From: Geosiphon pyriformis uo1
Taxonomy: Eukaryota; Fungi; Glomeromycota
Reading direction: 5' to 3'
Assembly (NCBI GenBank): GCA_016748015.1
Contig: JAAOMT010000718.1
Location: forward strand, 434,001-498,000
DNA length: 64,000 bases
Made by a program: the position numbers and the translations under genes. Positions 1 through 12,339 of this stretch are shown piece by piece. Numbering within the stretch: the stretch's first letter is position 1; each line of letters starts with the position of its first letter. A model generated the notes under the pieces. It searched no databases. It was not told where the DNA came from and worked only from the letters and a program-made list of their open reading frames with translations.

Positions 1-842
1 CTTTAATACATTATTATTAATATTTAACACATAAAATCAAGGAACTCACGAAAAACTGATTGTGATTAAAATAAGAGATCAACAATTAAAATATATCAAA
101 AAAACACCTCTGTAACAACAGTCTAATTATATATACTTATTAATTAAAGAGTTAATAAATTTATTTGAAAAAACAATATAATTACTTTGAAATATTTGAA
201 TAATAATAAGATTATAAATTATCTTATAATAAATTATAAAACAAAGCATAATAGTTCTGATAAAGAACAAAAAGTAAAAATAATGAGTATTAAGAATATA
301 TTAACATTTTTTACAAATTTTAAACAATTTATAAAGCTTAAAAATAACAAAAAATTTTATGATACAACTAATAAATTTGTTTATATTTTATAAAAAATAT
401 AAAATAAACAAAAACAAATAACTTTTACAAGTTTTTTTAATATTACATAAACTATTTAAAAAATTTTATAAGAATATGTAAATAATTTATTTTTTAATAA
501 TATTATATCTATTTTTATTATATGTATACTATATATATTTAAACTTAAAAAAACCTATAACCTATAATAATTTATAATAATTTGTATTTACCAAGAAAAT
601 AAGTTATCTCAAGTTTAATTGAACTTAAAACCTATTAACCCAACAATTTTAAACTTAAAAAATTTTAGTATAATTTTTTTTTATAAATTAATAAATTATA
701 TTTTAATTAATATTATTTTATTAGACTTAGTAAAAACAAATTTTAATAATTATTTTTTAATTTATATATATATTTATATACTTTATATTAATATTTATTA
801 TAATATTTATTTTTATAACCAATTTTTTAATTTTGTTTTTTT

Positions 843-3115
843 TTTTTTTTATTAGAGTTTTAACGAGCAAGGCCCAATCACTATTTAATACCATAAGACT
901 ACATAGAATCTTAAATTAGATGTAGTTCATGCGTTTTCTACATGTAACCAGTTACTCAAGCCAGTTCAGGCTATACTATGTTGATGTACCAGAAGAAAAC
1001 TTATCCAAAAATGACATTTTTTGAATAACAAAAAACAGAGTCGCACTACAAGGAACCAATCCAACCAGCCATTCAGCTGTTTTTAAGGCATCAGCTTTAA
1101 CATCAATAGGCCCATGTTCCCAAAGGAACAGCAAGTTAGAAAACACCTTATCATCCAAACCAACTGGATGCTCTGAATCACCAGACATATTAATATCCTC
1201 CATGCAGCATTCTTTTTTTAAAAAAACCACTTCTCTTCCCAACTTACCAACAATCTTGCTAAAAGAACCCATATGTACCATAACCTCATTGACCTTAAGG
1301 CCAAGTTTACTGCTTAAGACCAAATTTTCATTAATAAATTGCTCAAACAATTTGACCAAAGAACCAACTGGTTTAACAATAGACTCAACCAAAATAGAAA
1401 GCTTGACCAAATCAGATTCCAAAGAAGCCAACTAGAAAGACACTAAGGAATCACCAACAACCATAGAAGGGGAAGTAGAAGCCACCAAGGGAGGAAACTC
1501 AGAAGAATCCAGGGAAGCAAAAGCTTTTACATAAGAAACACCATCCACAAAATAAGACTTGAAGATCTTGGAAGTAGAAGGTGGGGAAATCTTGCAATCC
1601 ACAGCCAGATGGCCTATTTCTTGACACCTAAAGCAGTGCTGGCAGCCAGGAGTTTCCCACCAGATACGACATTTCCTTAGAGTACCAGTCTTGACTATAG
1701 CAGAATCCAAATCACCTTGAGATTCAAATATAACCAAAGCAAACTGGGAACAATGACCAAAATCAGGAGAACAAGAGATGAAACATGTTTGATCACCAAT
1801 CTGAGAAATCATATTACTGATTTCAAAGGTGGTACAATCAGGGGAAAGGTTGACCAATTTGGCCTTAAACTTATTACGAGACAAAATAGTCTTATTTTGA
1901 TTCACCAAAGGGAGGATTTTAACACTATTCTTGCTTATCAAGACTGACCAATGCTTCAAGGCAGACACAGCAGAGTCCAACTTTTCAAAATAAACCACCA
2001 CATACTGCCAAATGCCAGCAGGCTTCAGCACAACATAAGTAACACTACCAAAAACACTGAGAGCCAACTTAACATCAGCAGCAAATACACCCAAAGGTAC
2101 ATCACACAGTGCAACAGCAGCAGAAGAGGAACCAGATTCAGAAACCACCAAAGACTTGGCAATTTTAAGAGTGGCCAAATAAACAGAGCTTGTAAGCTCA
2201 ACCAGAAACACAGCTTTCAAAGACTGTTGAGAAGCAAACTCCACACAAAAAAGCTTCACATTGTCTTTTAAACCAGATTTAACACCCAAGAAACCATGTA
2301 CAGACTGAAAAACAGTTTTAATATAAGCTAATTTGATCTTAAAAGTAACACCAGGCACCAGAATGGAGGCCACCCACCCAGCAAACCTTTGATGACTAGT
2401 AATAGTTTCCCAAGCACCACTAGAAGTAGCACCAGAAACTAAAGGAGGAGATGAATCAGTTTTCATTTGATTAGCCCAGTTTCCAAAAACAGGTGATCCA
2501 ACAGGAGGAGATTGTTTTGTTTTCACAACTGGCAATGATCTGCCAGAAAACACCACATTTGGCAACACAACCAGTGGTTGATCTTGGCCCATCTTGGATA
2601 ATGTGCCAGATGATGCTATGGAGATCTCATCTAAGATCTCATTGGAAACCACAAAGGAGTTTGGTGTAATAATAGCAGAGACAAGCGACTGCCTCCACTT
2701 TTCTGAACTTTTGGTCTTTTTGACCATTTTTTTTGAAGAGGTGGTGCTAGAAGCACCAAGTGTAGAATCTATAGAGGGGAAGACCAGCTTATTCACTGGT
2801 TTATTATTAAAAACTTTTGGGCTCTTAGTTGAAGTGGAGGCAACACTGGGACTAATCCAGATGTGTCTTTTTGAGAGGACTTTGACTGGTGAGAAACTAG
2901 CCAAAGATGAGAAAGTTGTTTCAGTGGCTACCAAAGGCAGCTTATCACGATTACTGGATAAAAGAAAGGCTTTTAAAATGTTTTGCCTAGTTGCTTCTAC
3001 AACAGAGAGAGTTTTTCTGGTTGAAATTTTATTAAATATCTCAGGACAGATATCAGATGCAGCTTTTTTACAAAAAATATACTTAAAAATATTTTTTTTT
3101 CAATTATATCAGTAG
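843..3115 (-). mobile_element. ORF1-only non-LTR retroposon (HAL1/'half-LINE'-like) with LINE-type 3' tail and poly(A)
   Basis: A LINE-ORF1-like frame (976-~3070) is followed directly by a ~130-nt tail homologous to the 3' UTRs of the LINEs at 18873-19007 and 62162-62298, then a poly(A) (T-run ~835-850). No endonuclease or RT sequence. The 5' boundary is approximate. Confidence 0.75.
976..2934 (-). pseudogene. LINE ORF1-like (gag-like) protein: RRM-like segments, CCHC zinc knuckle, coiled coil; one in-frame stop at 1432-1434
   Basis: CFRCQEIGHLAVDC fits CX2CX4HX4C. AAVALCDVPLGVFAADVKLALSVFG...WQYVVVYF parallels AVVVKKIPVKTSVETVHTALSEFG...WQKAIVEF in ORF1 of the LINE at 34628-35263. ORFs 1432..2934 and 976..1431 are in the same frame. 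Confidence 0.8.
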
Positions 3116-3199
3116 TAAAATTACTTATTGTGTTTAATTTTATAAACAAAAATATATTAAAAAAAATAGCCAAAAAAAAACTGACAAAAAAATATAATA

Positions 3200-3700
3200 A
3201 AATATTTTTTTACTTTTTTTTTGTTTTTTTTTATAACTAAAAAATCAATAAAAAAAAAGTTTATAATAATTTTTTTTAATTTAAGTTTAATATTATAAAA
3301 TTTATTATAATTTTTAATTTTGTTTTTGTTTTTAATGTTTTTATTTTTTAATATACTTTTTAATCATATTAAAAATAATTTTAATTAATATTAAAAATAT
3401 ATTATTGTTATTTTTAAGACCAAAAACTTTTAATATTGTTATTGTTGTTATTATTAAGATTAACATATTTAAATTTTTAAATATTAATATTATTACAAAT
3501 ATTAAAATTTAAATTATTTGGTTTTAATATATATAATAACTTTTTTTAATTTTATTAAAACTGTTTTTAAGTTGTTTATTATTTTATAAATTCAGTTTTT
3601 TATGTTTAAATTATTATTTAAATTATTGTGTTTTATTTAATTATTGTTAACTTATATATATATAAAATTATAAAACTAATACATATATTAATATAATAAT
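3200..3700 (+). mobile_element. Heavily decayed ORF1-type element remnant
   Basis: 3491-3538 (tattacaaatattaaaatttaaattatttgg) resembles the decayed zinc-knuckle region at 36251-36292. Confidence 0.4.
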
Positions 3701-3992
3701 AATAATAATAAATATTATTTTAGTGTAATTATAATCTTAATTAATTTAAATAACTAGTTATATATATTTATATAAAATACATAATTTATACTTATTTTAA
3801 ATAAATATGTATTAATACAATAAATAATAAAAAGATTATATTTGTATAAGTATAATAAAATAATCTTGTATAAAAAATATAGTTTATATTACATATATAT
3901 AAATTTAAAATATTTATAATTTGATAATGTTAACAAAAAATTTTTATCTTGAATGATAATAATAAGTTATTTAGATTTCTGTTATAAAATAA

Positions 3993-4050
3993 TTTTTATT
4001 TTTATTTTTTAATTTCAATTATTTATTGGCCCAATCGCTATCTAATACAA
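3993..4050 (-). mobile_element. Short 5'-truncated LINE 3'-tail fragment
   Basis: T-rich run followed by ggcccaatcgctatctaatac, matching ggcccaatcactatttaatac at 871-891 and gcccaaccactatctaag at ~18904. Confidence 0.5.
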
Positions 4051-4248
4051 TACAACATAAAATGCTCTAAATGTTATTTTTTAATAAACAAAAAATTTGG
4101 TTTATTATATATAATTTGAAAAATCAAAATCAAATTAATTAAATTATTTATGTAATTTTATATATTAATTAAAATCTATTTATTTTAGAGAAACATGTTC
4201 AAAAAAGTCAATAGCATTTTTACTGTTGCTCAATGGCAATAATAATAA

Positions 4249-4289
<41 letters not shown>

Positions 4290-4386
4290 TTGACATATAT
4301 GTCTCTCAGTAAAAAATTAAATCAAAGAATCGATTTTTTATATAAAATCAAGATTTAGTTGGTGACCATAATAAAATATATAACAG

Positions 4387-4454
4387 GTAAGCTCGAAAAA
4401 ATTTTCTGCTAACTAAACTTTTTTGAACGTTGTAGTAACTATCGTTCTATACAG
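4387..4454 (+). other. Probable 5' UTR intron of RPL2
   Basis: cag|gtaagc donor, gctaac branch-like motif at ~4408 and tacag| acceptor 19 nt before the ATG. Confidence 0.55.
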
Positions 4455-4473
4455 GAAGCATTATTTTTAAAAG

Positions 4474-5464
4474 ATGGGGCGTGTTATCAGATCACAGCGA
4501 AAAGGTCCCGGTGGCATCTTCAAAGCTCACACCAGACTCCGAAAGGGGGCAGCTAAACTGCGACCATTGGATTATGCCGAACGCAATGGGTACATTCGAG
4601 GTATAGTCAAAGAAATTCTACACGATTCTGGACGTGGGGCGCCTTTGGCAAAAGTGCAGTTCCGGGACGCTTATCGGTATGTCATTCCAATTACTAAATT
4701 ATCATCCTTTAATTAAAATCACAATACCTCTTTGAATTTTATTTTCTGCTTAATCTTCCAGTCAAACATAAGAAGGAATCTCTGTCATAAAAGCTAAAAT
4801 TCTTTTAATTTTTTCTTATAGATATAAACTTCGCCTTCAAACCTTCATTGCCACTGAAGGACTTCATACAGGACAGTTTGTGTATTGTGGGAAGAAGGCT
4901 GCACTAACGGTTGGAAACGTATTGCCCCTTGCATCTATGCCCGAAGGTACTATCATTTGCAATGTTGAGGAAAAGATTGGTGATCGTGGTGCCTTAGCCC
5001 GTGCCTCGGGTAATTACGCAACCATTATTGGGCACAATCATGATGAAGGCAGAACCCGTATCAAACTTCCTTCAGGTGCCAAAAAAGTGATCAATTCGAA
5101 TGCACGTGCCACAGTAGGAATTGTATCTGGCGGAGGACGCATTGATAAACCGTTGCTTAAGGCGGGCCGTGCTTATCATAAATATAAAGCCAAGAGAAAC
5201 TGCTGGCCGAAAACTCGTGGTGTTGCTATGAATCCAGTCGATCATCCTCATGGTGGTGGTAACCACCAACATATTGGTCACGCCTCCACCGTATCCAGAG
5301 AAAGTGCTCCTGGTCAAAAGGTATGTATTTTTGGATTATTTGCATATATATATATATATATATATATTTTAACTAACACCAAAAAATTTTAATCTATCTA
5401 GGTTGGTTTGATCGCTGCTAGAAGAAGTGGGTTGCTTCGCGGTACCAACAAAGTCAAAGGTTAA
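4474..5464 (+). CDS. RPL2: 60S ribosomal protein L2 (uL2 / metazoan RPL8); exons 4474-4676, 4822-5320, 5402-5464
   Basis: [12 protein letters not shown]-terminus, [15 protein letters not shown] motif and [14 protein letters not shown]-terminus. Canonical gtatgt..tag introns restore the frame. Confidence 0.98.
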
Positions 5465-7847
5465 GAACAAAAACAGTTAAATTTTATACAACGCTCTTTA
5501 AATTTAATGTATATCTGGAAGTAAATTACTTTTGCAAGTTTGGAGCTTTTAGCATCTAAACTAGTTGCTTCAATATTAAAACATAAAGTTGTACAATTAA
5601 CCTGTCAGATTTCGATGCATTAAATATCATTTCTTGTCTGCCTAAAAAATATCGACTTGAAACTTTGATAAAATAAAATAACCAAAAGGTTTTATGACTT
5701 TGAACTCGGGAATAATATAGTTAAAATAGATGACTATTTTCAACTTCTCAATATCTTTGTAATTTGACAATTCTAAACTTAATCTTAAGGGTGAATATGA
5801 ATTGACAACTTACTCTTTGGACTCTTCAAATCGTGTAACATGGGCGCTCGTTTCTTTAACTAAAAGGGTCATTAATATCATGCTTATTAAGAGAAATACC
5901 CAATCATCCATCGATGCATATTTTAATATTTGTTTTTCCAATTTTTTACCTCTTCCTTAAGGTCGCCATATGCTTTGAATCCCTCCAAGTTAGAATTCTC
6001 AAAGCAATTAGTGGTAAAAAGTACTTTGAATTAATTTGGCCGTGAAATTAACGGTTTTCTAAAAAGTTTAACACTCACCTATTTGAGATTATCAACCTTT
6101 CTTTAAAGACTCTCGAACATGCAACGTGATCCAACCTCCGATTGATATTTTTTCCTCTATGAAATATTAATTTTCGTTAACCTAATTGAGTACCTTAAGC
6201 TCGTTCTAATAATTGCCGATTTGTTTCTCTTGATGATTTTTGATTTGAAATTCTGTTTATAAAATAAAAGACCACTCCACTTATTTAGAAAATGGTAAAA
6301 GGCCGCAGCAACCTCATAGGTTGTTGGCAGAGTTGAAACTTGGCCCTGAGCTTTTCAATTTTTTTTTGGATAATAAGACTGGATTACTATTTTCTCATAT
6401 CCATTTATCTTGAAGTCAAAAGTATTTTGTAAAATCATGAGAAGTTTAATTATCTTTGCAAATTCTCTGAAATAAACAGCATACCTACCTATTCTTCAAG
6501 TTGGTACTATCAAAGTCTTAATGTTGAGTTTCAAAAATTCTGGGCTTGCTTTCCTTTATATTCTTGATCCTTTAAATTATTAACTCTAGTTTTGAAATGA
6601 TGGACGTTGGGGGCTTGAACATATTGGTTAGCTTTATAATCTGGAATAGGATAAATTTTCTATATTTTGGGAAATTATAAAAGAATTGTCGACCGTGTAA
6701 ATGTCAAAAATCGGGGTGATTTTTCTTTGACTCACCCTCAGCGATGTTTGATTCTTTCACTAAGGCCTCTTTTTTGTTGTATTAATAATTTTATGTTTGG
6801 AAACAATTCTATTAATTTTTGTAATCTCATTCTTTTTCAAAGCAATGAAAAAAATTAAATCACTGATTAAATTTTCTTTTAATACTAATAACAATTCTTT
6901 GACAATAAAATGTAAAGATGTTTTTTCATAAAATTTAGGATTAAAAAAGCACTTTGGCAAGTTTTTCAATTTTTTGTTTACTTTTTCTTTTAATTATTTG
7001 ATAAAAGAATATTCTGTTTTAATTTTATGAACATGTATTTCTTGATTAATGAATTCAATTCCAAAAGTACTGGAATCAATTCATAAAATTAAGAAGTTTT
7101 TTTATTATTATCAGTTCTTTTTTTTTGCAATTAAATATTATATTTTAAAACTTAAAAGCTGATTTGTTTGATTAAAAAATAAAAATAATTGATGTTATTA
7201 TTCTGTATTTATATTTATTTTAATATAAATTCTTAAATAATCAATAATTAAGCATAAAATTATTTAACAATATTTTTTGTTAGTTTGAAACAAGTAATAT
7301 TTTTGAAATAAAATGCAAACATAATTATAAAATTATTGTGTTTTATATAAAAAAAAACACTATAACATTAAAAATAATAAGGCTTTGAATTTTTTAATGA
7401 CTTTAAAAACTTTTAATTTACCAATTTATTTTTAAAGTAATTTTTGAGTTTTAATATTATTAATAAAAACTTTGAATTTAAACAACTTTTTAAAATAAGT
7501 TTTTAAATTATTAATTATTAATTTTAAAATTTGTTTAATTTAAAAATAATTAAAATTATTTATGATTTTTCAAAAAGTAATTTTAACACTAAAATGAAAA
7601 ACTAACAAAAAAAAGTTTAATTTATTTTTAAACTACAATTATAATAATTTGGCTATTTTTATAAATACAATTATTTAAACACTTCTAATAATAGTTTTAC
7701 TGATATATTACATAAAAGGTTGCCTATTTTTGGTATTGATTTATAAATCACTAACTTGCAAGTAAAATTTCTGCTGTATCAGTTTTAGAAGTCATAAATA
7801 TACCCTCTATTTCTTAAACCGTCTTCAACTTCTATCCTTTTTTCATT

Positions 7848-8672
7848 ATGTCTGAGGCTGGAAAAATCGTAACTACAGTGGTTACCTCTTCACCAGATTT
7901 CCCTGAAGATAATGATCCTTCAGTTTTTTCTGAAAATAATGATCCTTCAGTTGTTCCTGAAAATAATGATCCTTCAGTTGTTCCTGAAAAGGCAGAATCT
8001 TGGATGCCTACGGTCGTCATGGGATCCGCTGTTGTCGCAGGTGCTTTAATTTGTCCGCCTCTAGTCGTTGCTGGGGTTCAGGCTATTGGATTCGGAAGCG
8101 CTGGAATTGCCTCTGGATCTTGGGCAGCCGCAATCATGAGTTCGTATGGTGGGGCTGTTACCTCTGGCAGTGCATGCGCAATCCTGCAATCTATTGGTGC
8201 AGCCGGTACAGGCGTGGCAACTACAGTTACCTCTGGGTCTTTGTCTGGGTTTGCAGCTAAATGGTTTTATAACAATCGGTCCAAACAAGAAGGTAAAATT
8301 ATCATATTTGTTTCACTAATCAACTGCATTAACTAATACAATTTATTGGCATCGCAATTCAGAACCAGAAAGCTCGGAAGCTGAGCGTCATGCCAAAGAT
8401 GCTGAAAAACCTGAACATGAAGCGGAGAAAAGGTATATACACCAGAAAAACTTCATTTTATTTACGCATTCAAGGTATAAAAACAAAGGACTTTAAACTA
8501 TATTTAAAACAGAAAACTGGATGAAATCACTGCAAAGCAACAGGAAAGAGCGCGCGAAGCTGAACTCAGGCGATCGAACTGCGAACGCGAAAATGAAGAA
8601 GAAAGAGAGCTCGAACGCATATCTAAAGAACGCGAGGAACGTGAATTAAGGACAAGAGAGACCGCGAACTAG
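7848..8672 (+). CDS. IFI6/IFI27 (ISG12, Ifi-6-16) domain protein with charged C-terminal tail; exons 7848-8292, 8363-8432, 8513-8672
   Basis: AIGFGSAGIASGSWAAAIMS...GGAVTSGSACAILQSIGAAG matches the ISG12 motif pattern. Two GT-AG introns give an in-frame E/R-rich tail. Confidence 0.75.
7902..7990 (+). repeat. 27-bp coding tandem repeat (about 3.3 copies, PENNDPSVV)
   Basis: Unit cctgaaaataatgatccttcagttgtt at 7902, 7929 and 7956, with a partial copy at 7983. Confidence 0.95.
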
Positions 8673-9334
8673 AGCGTGAGGATACCAGCGAAAAAGCACC
8701 AGATCGAGATGATGGGGATTGGCGCCATCGCCAAGATTGTTGAAATTAATCATATAAGAGAAATTCGAGTTTGCTCTAATTCAGTTTTATCCTTTTTTTT
8801 ACCTTTGATTTTTTAGAGCTTACTAACTGCTATTTGCTTGCATTTTTCAGACAGTTATCATCCTGTTATTTTATAACTAAGGATTTTGTAAACCAATTCT
8901 AAAGTTCTAAGATGAATAAAATAATGTAAAAAAACCAAATAACAAGAATTTATAAATATTTTAACATCAAAAAAGTTTATAATTTTATTAATATTAATAA
9001 TAATTAAATATTAGCTTTGCAAAAATTGGTATAAACACATTAATATTTATACAAAATATAATTTTATAATTTGATTTAATTACTGATTTTAATAAAAAAA
9101 ACATTTTATTGTTTTTAATAATATTTTAATTAATAATAATTTATTTATTATTTTATACTTAATAATTAAACAATAAGTATTATTTGTTTTTAAATCTGTT
9201 AATATTTAATCTAATAAAATTTTTTCGAATATTATAATATGTGTTTTTTTTGTATTTTAAGCATATTTTAATTAATATTATTTTATTCTTATTTATATTT
9301 TGTATTAAATTAAATATTTTACTATATATTGTTT

Positions 9335-10042
9335 GATTTTTTTGATTTTTTTTAATAAGTACAATTCAATTATTATTTATTATAATACAACAGAAATTAC
9401 TTCAAAATAAGTATAATTTATGTTTTAATTATATATAATTAATTATTTAAATTATATATTATTTAATAATAATAATATATTAATATATTTAAAAACTTTA
9501 CAAAATCGATTCAAAATTTTTAAATTTAAATATTTTTAAATTATAAATATTAAACAAAATAAAATTATTAATAATTAATAAACTTTTTTTTATACTTTGT
9601 TTTATGTTTAAAATTTAATAATCAAATATATTTTTTATAATTTATAATTTATAAATTAATTTTAAAAACAAGTTTAAATAATATTTCTTAAAAACAAAAT
9701 TTTTAATCATAATTTATATATATATAATTAAATATAATAATAATATTAAAAATTTATAATATTTAAAAATTAACAACAAAAAATTTAACAAAATTATTAT
9801 TATTATTATTAAATAAAATTACAAATTAAAAAAAATTTTTATTTTTGTTTTAGTTATTTATTATTTAATTTAATAATATTATACTTTTTATGTTTTATTA
9901 CAAAATTATTAATAATATTAATAATTCTATAAATATAAAAAAAGTTTAAAAAACTTGGATTTTAATACTATTAATAAAAATGTTTTTTTTTTAAAACTTA
10001 ATATAAATAAATAATATTTAGTAAAAAAATTATTTACTATAC

Positions 10043-10083
<41 letters not shown>

Positions 10084-10537
10084 TATAAATAATGTAAATA
10101 AAAATTAAATTATTGATTATAAAATTTTTAAAAAAAAATAAATTTTAATGTTTTTAAAAATAATTTAAATGTTTTTTTTTTTAAATTCAAAATTAAAATT
10201 TTTATCAAAAATTATTTAAATTTTTTAGTTATAAATAATATTTTTTTTAGAACAAAAATAATAACAGTTAAAAAGCTTTTTTTAAGTGTAAATAATTTCG
10301 AAAAAATCTTTATTCTTTTTAAATTAAAAATAATAAAAATTATAGATTTAACAAATAATAACAATAATAATATAAAAATAATAAATACTAATATAAAAAA
10401 ATTTAATAAACATTTAAATTGAACTGTAAACTTATAAAAACAATATATATTGTATTATCTAAGTTTAAAATTATTATATTAATTAAAATTATAATTAATA
10501 AAATTATAAAAAAAGACATTAATTAAATTTATAAATT

Positions 10538-10568
<31 letters not shown>

Positions 10569-11300
10569 CTTATAATATTTGGTATTTTTTGTAAAGTATA
10601 ATTTACAAAAAACAAAAATATTATTAAAATCAATTAATAAAAATAACAAAATTAAAATTTTATTTAAATACTATTAAAAATACTTAAAATTAATATATAT
10701 AATAATATTTTAATTTGAAGATTGATTTAATATTTACATAAACAAAAAAATACAAAATTAATTAAATAATAAAAAAGATATAAAATTTATAAAAAAAAAT
10801 TTTTTTAAAAAACTTATATAATATACTAACCATTTTTTAACATATAATTTTGTGTTAATAATTGTAAAAATTAATTATAAAATAACAAATTATATTTAAT
10901 AAACCATTTTTTTTATATTTAAAAATAAGCAAAAAAAACTTAAAATTACAAATTTTAATAATTATTTTAAAATATTTTTTTTAAAGTTAATAATGTGTAA
11001 AACAGATAAAACAATAATAAAAACTACTAATTTCTTGCAATAAACTTTTAATAATTAATAAATATTTTTTAAATACTATTAAAATCATTAGTATTTTTAA
11101 AAAACAAAAAAAAAGTTTTTTAGTTTTTATTTAATTAGTTTAATTCTTAAGATTAAATAACCCAACTAATTTAATTGGTAGAAGTTGTATAAATAAAAAA
11201 ATAATTTGTTTTGTTTTTAAAATCAGTCATAATTAATTAAAATTTAATATATATTAAACAATTTAACTATGTACTAATTAAAACCAGCTTTGGGAAAAAA
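9335..11300 (-). mobile_element. Ghost copy of the ORF1-only element (extreme C>T/G>A decay)
   Basis: Decayed tail at ~9350-9460 (tttaataagtacaattcaattattattta vs tttaataagtacagcccaaccactatcta at 18891). 11121-11150 aligns to 2457-2486 (NWANQMKT region) with 10 differences, all transitions. Confidence 0.6.
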
Positions 11301-11639
11301 TTTTAAATTCTTAAGAGGGAAATTTCGATTTACAAATTGGTTAAATTAAAAAACCTAGTATATTTTAAATTCCATTCAAAAAAATGAGTGTATATTAATT
11401 GTTTCATGTAAGATTTAGACTAAAAAAAAAAAAGAATTTTGAAAATCGCATAAAAAAGTTTATTTGTAATTTATTTTCGTATATAAACAAATTAATATAT
11501 GTGCAATAATTAATATAAAAATAGATGAATGCAAAAAATTATATATATATATATATATATTTTTTAAACGTTCTTGATTTACGTGTTATGAAGTAAGTTG
11601 TTAAAATTTAGAAAAAAATTTTTTTTTTCATACAAATAT

Positions 11640-11750
11640 TCATGAGGTGATTGGTCATGTGCAGAAAAAGCATGAGCTGCGTATATCATAAAATGTATTT
11701 AGTTTTATATATGTAGATAGCTTAGTTCGTTAAGTAATAAAAAAAAATAA
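11640..11750 (+). mobile_element. Isolated LINE 3'-tail copy with A-rich end
   Basis: ggtcatgtgcagaaaaagcatgagc matches the tail core agtcacatgtagaaaaagcatgagc (reverse complement of 18957-18981) and is followed ~70 nt later by taataaaaaaaaa. Confidence 0.6.
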
Positions 11751-12339
11751 TTATAAAGTGATATTTAGCTTTTACATCTTTAATTTTTTTTAGATGTGTA
11801 TTAAATAAAACGTTTATTAAATATAAAACCAAATTAACACTTTAAATATACAGTATAAAATTTTGATGTCATATGTTTTATAATAATATATCTTAAATAT
11901 TATTGTTGCGTTTTCTATGTTACATTTTTTCAGAATTAGGGCTCATAATAAAAAAATTAGTTATCCTTAACAAAAACATTTTATTTTTGTTATAAGCTTT
12001 AATAAAGACAATATATACATTTATATAGAAACTTTATTTTTTTTTATTAAAACCCAATTAAAATTTCATTAGCATATTTTTATTTTAAAAAATTATTCTT
12101 TACTCAAAAATAGAAGATTGAAATTAAACAAGTTTTCTGCTTTCAACTGGACATTTACTACGGAAAATTTATCATATTGATGAGACTGATACTAGAATAA
12201 AATAGCAAATATGCTAATTTCAAAAATAATTACAAATTTAACAAGTTTTATAGTTTATTTAAAAAAATAAAAAAAAATGTTAATTATCCTGTTTCAAGAA
12301 ATAAAAAATTTAATTAAAGCAACTTCCTGATAATTTCTA

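Noticed and set aside
187-855. ORFs 187..393 and 619..855, and similar N/K/I/L/F-rich ORFs (15006..15371, 36704..36970, 45472..45666)
   Set aside because: Compositional artefacts of very AT-rich decayed DNA with no motifs.
1202-3115. Plus-strand ORFs overlapping the ORF1 element, and similar antisense ORFs over the LINEs, gypsy and SPT6
   Set aside because: Shadow frames antisense to recognisable coding sequence.
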